A DNA stretch of 64,000 nucleotides from Octopus sinensis (Eukaryota), in the NCBI RefSeq assembly GCF_006345805.1, contig NC_043006.1, positions 99,634,001 to 99,698,000 on the forward strand, given 5' to 3'. The position numbers were made by a program, and so were the translations under genes. A model generated the notes under the pieces. It was not told the DNA's origin, ran no database searches, and worked only from the letters and a program-made list of their open reading frames with translations. Positions 40,610-54,199 of the stretch are shown one piece after another (position 1 is the first letter of the stretch; every line of letters begins with the position of its first letter).

Positions 40610-40790
40610 AAGGAGCGTAGCCTAATAATGAGAGTACTGCTATAATGATCGCAAGATCTAGTTTCGGTTCTCTGATTAGCTGTGCGTTGTTCTTGAGCGA
40701 AACATGTTCTTTCAAGTTGTTCTTTGCCACACAGCTGTAAATTGGTGACCCTACGACGGACTGGCATCCGTTCGGGAGAGAATGTTAGGC
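40610..40790 (+). mobile_element. Decayed tRNA-SINE, family C-related
   Basis: ggagcgtagcctaat...gtttcggttctc...gttcttgagcgaaac. Confidence 0.5.
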
Positions 40791-42295
40791 ATCAGGTGAA
40801 CATTTCTCACTGAAAGCTAGAGCTATGCCAAGTGCAAAGTGATAAGTAGTATATAACAAATAAGAATCTGGTAGAAACACTGAGCTAAACATGTGTATAT
40901 TTATATATACATAGAGAGAGAGACAGAGACAGAGATACAGACATACAAAGAGAGATCAAACACAATGCAAACATAGACACACAAGTACGCACACAACAGA
41001 TACATGATACATGCACGTATACCTTTCATCACTGTGTTAAAAGAACACCATCGTGATATAGTCCATGTTCATTTATATTCTCTAAGTTTCTACATGATAG
41101 CATGGCCCGGCTGCAGTTTTCATGATATTACGTAAATCAAATCAACTCATCATTATGCTGAACACATTTGCAAGACGAATGAATATATGTCTATTAAGGA
41201 AAGTACAGTTTGCTTTAGGTTGCAGTTCTTATGTTTGAATATGACAAGAGAGAGATTGTGGAACAGAACGGCAAAAAGAAGTTAAAAGAAAGGACGGCAG
41301 AAACATAGATAGATAGAGAGGGGGGTGCCATAAAAAACATATACACAGAAAGCGGTAGACATATAAAGATAAGAAGAGAGAGGCAGGGAAACTCCTTCAA
41401 ACAAACATTACGATATAGACATACACGGACGTAGGCAGCCTCACCGATATTCTGTCAGATATCAGTGGATATAGAGAAAGATATTGAAAGAAAAGAAGAA
41501 TTACATTTAAACAGCGTGGAACAGCAGAAATACTTGTTAAAAAATGTCAAAGAGACGCAGAGGTAGAGGCAAACAAAGAGACAGAGAGGGAAACAGGGAC
41601 AAACTCAAGTAGACACACTGATACTCAGACGTACAGATAGATAGCTTTTGTGCATATTTGTAAAGTGATGTTTGTACTGTCGGGTATATGATTACCAAAC
41701 GTAAATTGTACGCATTCCAATGGTAAACGTTTGTGTGTACCCATGTGTGTGTTATTACAGATATTTTATGTCCACATATTAGACCTATGTGATATTTTAT
41801 AGTATATGACTTTACTTCATTGCATATCCACATGACAATGTGATTTCACGTTTGTGTCACATTGGAGACGTATGTGTATTCTTTGGGATATCAATTTGAT
41901 TCTGGTTGTGTAGTGTAGCTGGCAGCCGTGGACAAATGTGAGACTGGAAATTCGTCAATGCACGCCTGCGGAAGAATGGACATAGCCTCACAAATATACA
42001 GAGGTGTTTAAATAATTTATATATATAATCATATACTTCAGTTAGAGACATGCAACCAACCTAGGGCGCAGCTGTGTTTGATGTACAGCACTTTCACTAA
42101 ATCTCCTCTCATATGGGGCATCTGATGAATGATGGAGCTAATGATACAGCCGCCATTGCTGTTTTTTACCGTGAGGTAGGTTCATCCGGAATTCTTGACA
42201 GGAGGAGATCTAGTTTTGTGTACATGTATGTTTGGGTATATATATATATATATATAATATATATATATATATATGTGTGTGTGTGTAAAATGTTT

Positions 42296-42442
42296 TTTTC
42301 CGTTCACCAAATCCACTCACAAGGCTTTGGTAGGCCCGACGCTATAGAAGAAGACACACGGTCAAGGTGCCCTACAGAGGGACTAGACCCGGAACCATTT
42401 GATTGGTAAGCAAGCTACTTACCACGCAGACACTCCTACGCC
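42296..42442 (-). mobile_element. SINE family B (CORE-like), 5' half
   Basis: caaatccactcacaaggctttgg...ctacttaccacgcagacactcctacgcc matches 48140-48281. Confidence 0.85.
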
Positions 42443-42454
42443 TATATATCTATA

Positions 42455-43690
42455 CGAGTGTATACCAAAAGGAAAGCGAAATTTTGCAATCTTATTTTAT
42501 TCACTTAGTTTTACATGTTTAAACTTTTATCGCCATTATTCTCCATTTGAACCAATGCATTGGTCCAGATATGTTTTCCACTTTTCGATGCAGCCCTGGA
42601 AGAGATGCGAAGTCGTGCCTTTTCAGGCCTTCACGGTTATTTTCTCCATCTCTTTCACACCTGCAAAGCCTTTACCTTTAAGGACTATTTTTATTCTGGG
42701 ATACTTTTTTTTTTTGCAGGAAACAAGATCGAGTGAATAAGGAGGGAGGGTAAACGGAGTCAAGGTATTTTTGGTGTGCGCAGGAGCATTGACGTGATGA
42801 AATCACCAGCCTTCACTTTGTCACACGTCGAGGTGTTTTCGTCTGACCACGTCTTGCAAACGGTTCGAAACAAGTAAAATATCTGGTTAAGAGATAGACC
42901 AGAAAGTACAAATTCTGCGTTGACAATTCTTTTCGCATCGATGAAACAAATCAGTATCTTCTAGACACTGGACTTCAGCGAATGCACTTTTGGGGGTGTG
43001 GTGACATTGAATGATTCCATTAACTTGCTTACTGCTTTATGTCCGGGTATTAGCCGTCGCACCAGCTTTCGTCACCAGTGATGACCTTCAAAAATCAGGT
43101 CCGGTTCGACTTACAACTGTTCATTCATTTCAAGACACGCATACAGTCGTGACTGCTTTAGATCTCTCCTGAGCAAGCGAGGCGCAACTTAGGGTCCAAC
43201 TCTTTTCATTCGCAATTCCTCGTTCAAAATACGTTGTCAAGAGCTCCAGGATACACCAGTCATATTAACAAGTTCGTTAATTGTTCGGTGACGGTCATCC
43301 AAGATCAGTTTATAACTTTTCCAGGTGTTTTCATTCGTTGGGGAGGTCGATGTGTCCCTGAACGAAGCTGGTCTTCGAGCAACAAGTTACCATTTGTAAA
43401 GCGTGTAAGCCACTCGTAAACTTGTGTTCTGCTCATGATTGCGTCTTTGTAAGATATTTGAAGCATAACAGTTCTTTCAGCCGCAATTTTCCCTAGGGGA
43501 AAGCAGAATTTCACGTTGCGCAGGCCGTTCCTTGGTTTCATTCACCGCAAACATCGTCAGACAGAGGAAAAACACTGCAAAACAAAGACGCACCACGTCG
43601 CAGTACGATCACAACCAACGAGTCAAGGCTTAGAGTTGCTGAACTATAACGAGATTGTTCCACAGAGAGCATTACTGTTCGATACTTCTT

Positions 43691-43692
<2 letters not shown>
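42455..43692 (-). mobile_element. Degenerate mariner
   Basis: TA-cgagtgtataccaaaaggaaa TIR; minus strand VKFCFPLGKIAAERTVML..SRTQVYEWLTRF..LEDQLRSG and PPYSLDL. Confidence 0.88.
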
Positions 43693-43725
<33 letters not shown>

Positions 43726-43920
43726 TATATATATAAGTAGGTGAATGAATTAAGTAGGTGAATGAATTATCCTATGTTTATCGTCAGCATGGAAAATTCG
43801 TTTAACCGAAAGATTGCATAATGCACCCTTTATTCCTTTGGAATGAGAACATGCTGTCTTCGAAACATGTATCGAGAGTAAAGGAATTTTGTTAACATCT
43901 TCGTTCGACTCCATTCTTTC

Positions 43921-44003
<83 letters not shown>

Positions 44004-44350
44004 CCAGAAAATGGAGATATACAATTGCCGATTCAGAAATTAAAATTTCGAAAACATAATAGTGTATTATATTCTTATCATAATATAATCTATACGTATA
44101 TAAAATCTTTTGTGTCTTTTCCCAGTGCATTCGCAAACGCCCCAACCAAATCGAAGCAAATTTTACATAGCAATCCCATCACACCCCAGGAGAGTCTTTA
44201 GATTAAAACAATACAACATTGGTACAGGTTCAGTAGTACGTCTCAAAACTCGAAGAATAAAAGTGAAAACTTCGAGGAGTATATAGTCCCATGTTTATAT
44301 TGTTTCAATTTTACTAGTTTCACTCTTCATAGTTTCAATATGTATATATA

Positions 44351-44396
<46 letters not shown>

Positions 44397-45113
44397 ATGT
44401 ATGCATGTATATATATTGGCGTAATTTTAAAATTCCACAATATGTGAGAGCAACAGAAAAGTAGAGAGGCAGAGAGTTTTGGGATGTGACACACACACGC
44501 ACATGATACAATAAATTGTAAATATTGAATATAAAGTACATACTCAGAACGTAAGAGTCGTGAATTTTATAACATTTAGTACATGTTCCAAATAAATGTT
44601 GATTTTTTTGTACTCCCTTAAATTGGTGACGCATACTAACTTTTGCTAAGTTGGTGACTTTCCATCTTTTTATAGTATAACTATGCTGCAGAAAGTACAT
44701 TTTCCACCTATATTGACTACTTTTCGCTTCGGTTGAATTTCATGTGTGTACGTTTTGCTGTTTTCAATATTATCAATTCTATGAGTGTGCGTGTGTTTCT
44801 GCGTTCGTTATGTCTATAGTCTATAGTAAACTATAGTAAAGGCCAGTTTACGCTGTTTTAATGAGCTCTCCTCTAATGAAGTTGCCATTCTTATGATTGG
44901 TGATCCTATTGAATATCATGATATTCTCATTCGTATTCAAGATAACAACCTTAAACATCACAGATTCATCACACTTATAATACTCTCTAGTATAATCTTA
45001 TTCCGTGGAATGGACAAGATGGGTATGAATTCAATATTCTTCAGATTGAACCTGCAACAGGAGAGCCAATTCCATACAAAATGTGTCGTCAAATGACTTC
45101 TGTTCTTATCAAC

Positions 45114-45326
45114 GTTCTAATATTGACACAAGGCCTGAAATTTCGAGGCAGGGGACCAGTCGAATACATCGAGTCCAGTTACACACTGGTACTTAATTTA
45201 TCGACCCCGAAAGGAGGAAAGGCAAAGTTGACCCCTGTGACATTTGAACTGAGAACGTAACAGACTGGCGAAATACCGCTCAATCATTTTGCCCGCCATG
45301 CTGGTCGATTCTGCCAGCTCGGCGCC
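45114..45326 (-). mobile_element. SINE family A, full length
   Basis: Reverse complement starts ggcgccgagctggcagaatcg; contains gcctttcctcctttcggggtcgataaattaagtaccag. Confidence 0.9.
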
Positions 45327-45919
45327 TTCCAGAGCAACCAAATCAATTACATATGTCAAATAAACTTTATTTTCATTTACATATTATCTACGTTATCTCA
45401 ATAACACGCTATTTTTATTCAAATACACTTCCCTACAACGCCCAGGTTTCGTTACAGAATGAAAATAGTTTCACACTTCCAATTTGAACCAGAATTACAA
45501 AGTATTGCATTATGAGAGTGACAATGTGTGAATAATGAATGTAATGTTTCTCCGAGTTAGTCACATGTGTATTATAATAAAGGAAGCTGCTTATTATCTA
45601 TCTAATAAACTATGATTCTAAATCAGCAACACATTTTTACAGCTAAAATAACCTCTGCAACTAACTTGGGTAGCACCATTTTGAGACAATTTGCGGACAA
45701 TATTTTGATTTGCTCCTAATGAATCACTTTTGTGCGATGTTTCACACAGACGCAGAATTCTCAGACAAACAGTTGTGAAAATGTACGCATAAGTATTCTG
45801 GTAAAATAAGCCACAACCAAAACAAATGCATTAAAAATCCATTTTTCTATATGTTATGAGGAAATACAGCCTCATTCTATCTCTCCCTCTCTCACTCTCA
45901 CGTACAAAAATTATGTTTG

Positions 45920-46032
45920 CATATGTATAAATGGGCGAAGGTCAAGAATACGCATTCCCGGCGTTTAGGCGTAGGGTTACGCCGAAAACTGTTGGTGTAC
46001 GTATTCTTTACCTTCGCCTGTTTATGTACGTG
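45920..46032. repeat. Imperfect foldback, about 113 bp
   Basis: ggcgaaggtcaagaatacg pairs with cgtattctttaccttcgcc; inner stem ggcgta/tacgcc. Confidence 0.85.
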
Positions 46033-46161
46033 TATACGAAAGATGAAGTGTGTGTGTATGTGTGTGTGTGTGGGGGGGGAGAGACAGTGTGTGTGTTATG
46101 TGCCACTTGCACACACATGGAAAAAAATTCATATATCACAACACACACCTTCACTCACTCA

Positions 46162-46192
<31 letters not shown>

Positions 46193-47428
46193 TTCCATTT
46201 CCTATACAAGTACAACTTACACTTTCTCCTCTCTTTTACTTTCTCCTCTCACTTCAAAGCAAATGTCGCCTTTTCACTTTACCCTCTCTTTCACTTTCTA
46301 CTCTCTTCAAAGCATGCAACGATTAAAACAATTTTACGGAAATTAACCATCATATGATCCCATATATATCGAGTTGACAACATTGTTTCTTCCAATGAAA
46401 GAATACAATAAAATAACTTCCCTTGACACACACACATACATACGCACACTCAAAATAAAACTTCTGTGCGAATTATCTTAATTCTTGCAGTGCGCACGTG
46501 CAAATTTACAGCTTAAACCCAATTGAAATGATCTTTTTCTATTGCGTAATTTATGTTTCTGATGAGCGTATTTAAAACCTTGATCTTCGATGCAATTTTA
46601 AAAGGAGGGTTTCCCAGAGTTCCTGCCCTTTACCTCTTCCTTCCAGCATATCCAAGATGACATTTCAGTCCCCACCGAAGTTTTACCCAAAATTTCTTCT
46701 GCGTCTTATGTTTCCAAAACAGAAGATTAGGATTCCACACACACAAACAAAACACGTTCTTGATATTTTAATTTCTTCCCTTTCCACACCAAATTATTTC
46801 TTTTTACTTGTTTCAAATTTTTATTCTTGGTAATCCATGGAGAAAAAAAGAAAAAAAAACAGAGAGCATGGGCCTTGAAACATTTTGGCCATCACCTCAT
46901 CACTTTCAAAAAGCTAAACACTCCCAATGTTTCAGTTTTAGCTTTTTAGAAAACTTTTATCAGAAATAAAGTCGCTTAACTTTTGTTTCTAGCATGCCGG
47001 GTTTTCTGGTGGTGATCTGGTATTTTTTAAGTTTAGTGCTTCAGTAGAATTGTGCGCATGCGAGAAATATCAGACAAAAGTAAAAGACAGGGGGATTTTA
47101 GATTTTTGAATGCTAGTTTCACTTGTTAATACTTACGTATAATGATACGCACACATTGCATGATCATCAGCATAGTCTGTCGTTTACAAAACACACTTTT
47201 CAGAACCATATACACGACCCTCCGCGTCCTATATCTAGCATAAAGCCTGTCTATATCTAGCATAAAGGCTATCCACTTTTACTGGTCAGTCTCCTAAGTT
47301 TTGTATGTAGAAAAATTTTAAATCTTCGGAATTTTTCAAAATATACTAGGCCGCTGGTTTTAGTTGTTTAATATCAATTTCTACTCTTATTTAATCATAT
47401 ATATATATATATATATAAATACACACAC

Positions 47429-47490
<62 letters not shown>

Positions 47491-47519
47491 GTGTGTGTGT
47501 ACGTATATATATATTTCCC

Positions 47520-47874
47520 AGATTCGTAATCTCTGTCTTTTTCTACGTTCATAGCTTAAAAGACAAACTTTTGAAAAAGTTACAAATTAAGAGATTGCGG
47601 CAGGGATAGAGGGAAATTAAAACTTTGAAAACGTAATTTCTGGACAAAATCGTATTAACCCCATTTTATAAGGTGAAACAATTCATAGTTTCTGATCCTT
47701 TATGCAAATATTTGCAAATTGTACTGTCGACCTTCAGTTTTAAACAAAAACTAACTGCCATTATTGCACCAACTATACATGTATTGTGCCGATTCTGCCC
47801 ATAAGAGAGGAACGAATAATACAATGTGTGCTTCTAGGTCATAACACCCGGGCAACGCCGGGATGCATTGCTAG
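47520..47874 (+). mobile_element. Helitron-like 3' end
   Basis: Hairpin cccgggcaacgccggg (47847-47862), then CTAG at 47871-47874; same end as at 37193. Confidence 0.7.
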
Positions 47875-47878
47875 CGTA

Positions 47879-48281
47879 TACTCTTTTACTCTTTTACTTG
47901 TTTCAGTCATTTGACTGCGGCCATGCTGGAGCACCGCCTTTAGTCGCGCAAATCGACCACGGGACTTATTCTTTGTAAGCCCAGTACTTATTCTATCGGT
48001 CTCTTTTGCCGAACCGCTAAGTGACAGGGGCGTAAACACACCAGCATCGGTTGTCAAGCAATGCTAGGGGGACAAACACAGACACACAAACATATAAACA
48101 GACATATATATATATATACGACAGGCTTCCTTCAGTTTCCCTCTATCAAATCCACTGACAAGGCATTGGTCGGCCCGGAGCTATAGCAGAAGACACTTGC
48201 CCAAGATGCCACGCAGTGGGACTGAACTCGGAACCATGTGGCTGGTTAGAAAGCTACTTACCACACAGCCACTCCTGCGCC
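47879..48281 (-). mobile_element. SINE family B (CORE-like, octopus OK-type), full length
   Basis: Minus strand ggcgcaggagtggctgtgtggtaag (A box), gagttcagtccc (B box), cttgggcaagtgtctt (CORE-like), internal TG/TA tract, (gtaaaaga)n tail. Confidence 0.9.
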
Positions 48282-48326
48282 TGTATATATATATTTTCTT
48301 AAAGTTTCAGCTCAGAGCTGCGGCCA

Positions 48327-48445
<119 letters not shown>

Positions 48446-49065
48446 ACATATATACATATATATTGTTTATGAATAGCTCATCGGTCATATAAATTTTCGT
48501 TCATTCCATGTCAGATGATCTCTACCCGGACAGATCGCAAAAGAACTTCGTTGTGGATTTTGTTAACCATTTTAGATTATTCACATCTCTGTTTGACCGT
48601 TGCATGTGGCTTTATTCATTAAAACTTATTAAGACCTCAGCAGTTCTTACAACTTTGGTCGTCGTTATGCTTTGCTTTCCTTTGTTTAATAAAGATTTCT
48701 TCACTTAATGATTCTGCATTCATTCTGTAATTGACAACAATCATGCTGAAAATGCCAGCTTCCAAATCCTGTTTTCTGATTTGGTAAAATTGATGAAACT
48801 TTAAAACTCAGTAACAACTTCTCTGGTAAAAATAAAGAAAGTAATCGGATTTAACGTGGGAAGTTATTTCAATATAAACAATTTGAAAATATTGACGTAA
48901 ATTTAAAATTCCACAATATGTGAGAGCAACAGGGAAGTAGAAACAGACAGTTTTGGGACATGACACATACACACAAATACACACACACGCACAATCACAC
49001 ATTTACAAATATACACACAGGTAATCATGAGTTTAAATTGGCGTGTAGTAGACGTATGTATGTAT

Positions 49066-49116
<51 letters not shown>

Positions 49117-49130
49117 TGTATATACATATA

Positions 49131-49168
<38 letters not shown>

Positions 49169-49848
49169 AATATGTCAGTGTTTCTTTGCAATGAGCATCA
49201 AAAAAGCCACATACCCCTACTCTTGTTAAAGCGACTATTCTTCACACCAACTTCTCTTTCTCTTCCATGGCGTTTCAAAAGTTAGCTATGTGTATGTGTA
49301 TGTAGTGTGCTTGTGCGTATGTGTGCGTGTGTGCATTTATCTATGTATTTACGAAAGCAGGTATGCAGTGCCACGTGTATATGCTAGAATGACAGCTGTA
49401 TTAACGTTAACATCCCACTGCCACTCCATATCAGTCGGATACACAACGCTGATCTCGCCTTCCCTGATATCAGCCGCACCCAATATGTCACCACATTCCC
49501 ATCAGGTTAATATTATTTCACCCTTCTCATTTTCTCAAATAATAGCCCAATCCTGCTTGTGATCCCATTACAGACTTTTTTGAAATCTAATTTGCCTATA
49601 ATGGAAATGGATGTTAGTTTAACACGAATGCCAAGTTTCGCCAAGATTACTTCACAGGTGTAGGCAGCAAACTCGTAACAGTCAGAACGACAGATTCTCA
49701 AATATACATACACACACGCACAAACGCACGCACACACACGCACACACGAACACACGTACACACGCACATATATATATATATAGATGTGTGTGTGTGTGTG
49801 TATATATATATATGTATATATGTGTATATATGTATATATGTATATGTG

Positions 49849-49936
<88 letters not shown>

Positions 49937-49944
49937 CAAGTTGA

Positions 49945-50220
49945 AGCGCATATCTCAGTGGTTAATGTGTTGCACTAACGATCGCGAGGTCATCGTTTCG
50001 ATTCCCAGACCGGGCGTTGGCTTGTGTTTTTGAACAAACCGCATGATTTCACGTTGCCCTGCGATCTTTTCGTCATGTGAGATATGGCACTTAGTGCACT
50101 TGCACAAGTAATATCGATCTGATGGAGGGGCGTAAGTTTATATGAACACAAACATTTGATCAACATATACAAGTCATCTGTGTGGTTGTCCAGCAAGATA
50201 TTGCTGAACCCTCATACGGT
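49945..50220 (+). mobile_element. tRNA-SINE, family C-related
   Basis: ctcagtggttaa...gtttcgattcccagaccgggcgttg shared with the 18343 and 34659 copies. Confidence 0.75.
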
Positions 50221-50765
50221 ACTTACGCACATATGTACATAAATATATACGTACACATATGCATACATACCTACACACATTCGTATATATATCCAAAAAG
50301 TTTCATGTAATCTCATGTATGTTAACACGGGATCTCCTAACGACAATGTAAATTTCATGTAATCAAGGTATCCTTGGCCTGAATGGTGGCTTGCGGTCTA
50401 CTCTTTATGTAATTACTACTTTCGAGGTTCCTCTATCTTTTAAAGATTGGCTAGCGTGGTTTTACTACTTCAAAGGTTCCTACTACGAAACGTATGTAAC
50501 CTAAATTTTAAGTTACTACATTCCCTAATTCTGGGATATATATTCACATACACAGCAACCCCAGTGACTAACCGTAAATTGTAACATAAACTTCTTTCAG
50601 TCAATCGTACTTCGATACGGCAACAATTCAAACATTTCTTCCCCAATAAACCACTATTGTTCCTGAAAGCTGTTTTTTTAAATATATTCTACGGTCTGCT
50701 TGAAGTTCACTACCTTTCTACAGATTGATCCTTGGATCATATATTTATACACTTATCTCTCTCTC

Positions 50766-50811
<46 letters not shown>

Positions 50812-50828
50812 CATGTATGTGTGTGTGT

Positions 50829-51038
50829 GTGTTTGTGTGTCTGTGTTTGTCCCCCCAACATCGCTTGACAACCGATAGTTGCTTGTTTACGTCCCCGTAA
50901 CTAAGCGGTTCGACAAAAGAGAGCGATAGGATAAGTACTAGGCTACAAAGAATAAGTCCTGGGGTCGATTTGCTCGACTAAAGGCGGTGCTCCAGCATCG
51001 CCACAGTCAAATGACTGAAACAAGTAAAAGAGTAAAGA

Positions 51039-51041
<3 letters not shown>
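50829..51041 (+). mobile_element. SINE family B, 3' half
   Basis: Reverse complement of 47879-48090 (ggcggtgctccagcat...gaaacaagtaaaagagta). Confidence 0.9.
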
Positions 51042-51091
<50 letters not shown>

Positions 51092-52668
51092 CATACATGT
51101 GTGTTTTTACATAACATACCTACATCCATATAAGTTATTCTTATTTCCTTACAAACGAAATCACAGCACTGCTTTTCTCTTGCCTTATACGCTGGCATAA
51201 TAGATTACAGAATCTAAAATTTGGTTTACGTAATACACAGACATATTCAAAATATATATGCATATGCCCGCTCTGCTATATAATTTATATTCAAATATAC
51301 TTACTTAAACGGCAGTTTATATACAATCAGCCATACTGACACACATGTGAGTCGCTCTATCTCAAAGAAGATGTGTAAAGAATAATATTTAAAAAAAAGG
51401 GACGAAAATATCCATGTAAGAATATAATATATAAAATAGCTACCCCTTTTTTTCTTTCTTTTTCTTCTGGCTTCCACTTTTTTCTGGAATAATCTCCATA
51501 TATCCGCCAGAGGTCTAGATAAAATTCTAAAGTATATCTCTTAACTGTTTATATATGTGTGAGTGTGTGTGAGTGTGTGTATGCATTGCTCCATTCTTTT
51601 CAGTCCAGATTAGTAATTCATTCGTTTGTATGTACGTATGTTATGTATATGTGTTTGTATATGTGGTTGTATTCTTTTGCTGGTATCATTTATATGAGTA
51701 GCTAAAAATATTCTTCATGATAAAACGCTACGTTTTTCTCTCACTTCATATGATTTGCTTTTCATACAGCATGTTTACAGGTTGTAGATATGTGTGGGGT
51801 TTAAATTATTCCAATTCTGATCAGACAGTGATATTATTTTCAAGCAAGCGTAAAGAAAACACGGTGGGTCATGCAAGCCACATTATGGTGGAACACTCAA
51901 CAGTTTAACCCATATTCATAAAATAAAGCGTACATGTTTCGGGGTTACGAATCACTACTCACAAAAATTATGTGATTTAAATTCACCTTCGCATGTAGAG
52001 AAAACCAAGTGTTACAGAACTAGTTTTTAGGTTAACGGGTACATTAATAGACCACTGAAAGCTCAATATTGTTAAGTAGGGTTAAAGTAATTTAATGGAT
52101 AATTACGTAGATGTTAATCTCTTTGCATAAGAAATAAATGTTTTTGCAGATGGAGTGAATGCATTAAACTATTTAAGGTTTTATTGCTATCTACAGGTTT
52201 TAGCATAATCCTTAAGACATATGCCTGTCTTTTCATTTGCTTGTTAGAAATAGTTACGGTATATTCTCCAGGTTCCACTTTATTGCTTTTTCGAATAAAA
52301 TATTTGGCAGGTTATTCACCTGCAAACTGCCCACGAAAACTATAGCTTTCGCTGTCTTTGGATAACTTTTCATAGGTTCACTCGGTTTGACATTAACCAG
52401 TAGTTGGATTTTCTTTCAGTACAATTTACGCATTAAAGGTAGCTAGCAGAGAGATGGCAAGGGTTTTCTGATCTTGCTGACATCCGACCGACCCCTACAA
52501 CAAGTAGCGCTGCTTTTCACAGTCAGCTGCAAGCCATAAATAGAGTTAATAGAAGCAAAATATTCAGTAGTTCCCATTCTGCTACATAAAATGTGGAACT
52601 CCATTTATTAATTTTTGTTTTTTCGGAGAATTAGATTGATGCATTGCACATATCTTATATAAAATATA

Positions 52669-53830
52669 CGAGGCGGTACCCAAAGGAAACCGAATTTTGC
52701 AATATTATTTTATTCACATAGTTTCACATGTTTACACTTTTTTCGCTGTCAAACTATTCTCTGATTGAAGCAATCCATCAGTCCAGACACGTTTTCCATT
52801 GTTCGAAGCAGTCTAGGAACTTTTGCGAAGTGATGTTTTTTAACGCATCCCTGATGTTTTTGTTCACCTCTTCTACATCTGCAATACACTTTACTTTACG
52901 GACTTTTTTCATTCGATGGAAGAGAAAAAAGTTGCAGGGAGTAAGATCAGACGAATAGGGAGGATCGGTAAGCGAAGCCATACCATTTTTGGCAAAAACA
53001 GTCACGTAAGTCGAGCGATCATCGTCTCACCACGTCTTGCAAATGCTTCAGAACCGCCAAATAAAATGTCTGGTTAACAGTTTTACTCGGAGTAATAATT
53101 CTCGTTTCGCATCAATGAAACAAATCAGTATCGTCTTGACATTGGACTTCACTTGACGCACATTTTTCGAGTCTGGTGAAATTGAATGCTCCTACTGACA
53201 TGATTGCTGTTTCGTTTCCGGGTGTTAGTCGTAGCACCAGCTTTCGTTTCCAGTGATGACCTTCGGAAAAGGATTCTGGTCAACTTTCAACTGTTTTTGC
53301 AGTTTTTGATCTTCCCTGAGCAAATGAGGCACAAATTTTGCAGCAACTCTTTTCATTCGCAATTCCTCGTTCAAAATACTTTGGCAAAATCGACAAGTTC
53401 GTCAATTTTTCTGCGACGGTCTTCTTCGAAAATCAGTTTTCTTAAATTTGTATGATGCTTTCATTTGTTCTTGAGGTCGACAGTCGCCCTGAATAAGGCT
53501 GGCCTCCAAGAGGCAAGTAGCCATTCGTAAAGAGTGGAAACCATCGTAAACACGTACTTTCCTCATGGCAGCGTCCTTGTGAGATACTTGAAGCACGACA
53601 ACTGTTTCGGCTGCGGTTTTGCCAGAAGGGAGCAGAGCATCATGCAAGCAAGCTGTTCCTTCTTTTCATCCATCGCAATAATCGACGCTTAGGGATAACA
53701 CTGCGAAGCAGAGATGCCCAATATGGTAGTACGACCAAAAAGGGCAACGCCGGTCGGCAGACGGATGCATGAGAGCTGTATCAAGTGAACTACAACAGTC
53801 TTGTCTCTCAGACTACGTTTGTCAACCATT
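52669..53830 (-). mobile_element. Degenerate mariner, same family as 42455
   Basis: TA-cgaggcggtacccaaaggaaa TIR; PPYSSDLTPCNFFLF..CFEQWKTCLD; GKTAAETVVVL. Far end approximate. Confidence 0.88.
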
Positions 53831-54199
53831 ACTTTTGTCAATCACACCACCACCACCACCACACTGTAATCTTCATCATTTTGCTCTTCCCCGATCAGCA
53901 TATTTTGCTATATGATACAAGATATTTATAATTGATCATTATAACTGTACATCACACAAACATATGTATGTGGGCGGTGTACACATATCTATATAAGTGT
54001 ATGTGTTTGAGAGTTTTTGTGCTTTTGTACGTGTGTGCTTGTGTTTAGGTTTACACCAGTGGTTTTATGACTGTTTTGATTCCTATGCTTGAAAACTATT
54101 AAACACATTACAGAACTGAGATAGAGAATGCAGATAAGACCACCAATATCGGTATCGATATATACCAAAAAATTTAATATTTTTTTAAAAACTGCCAAC

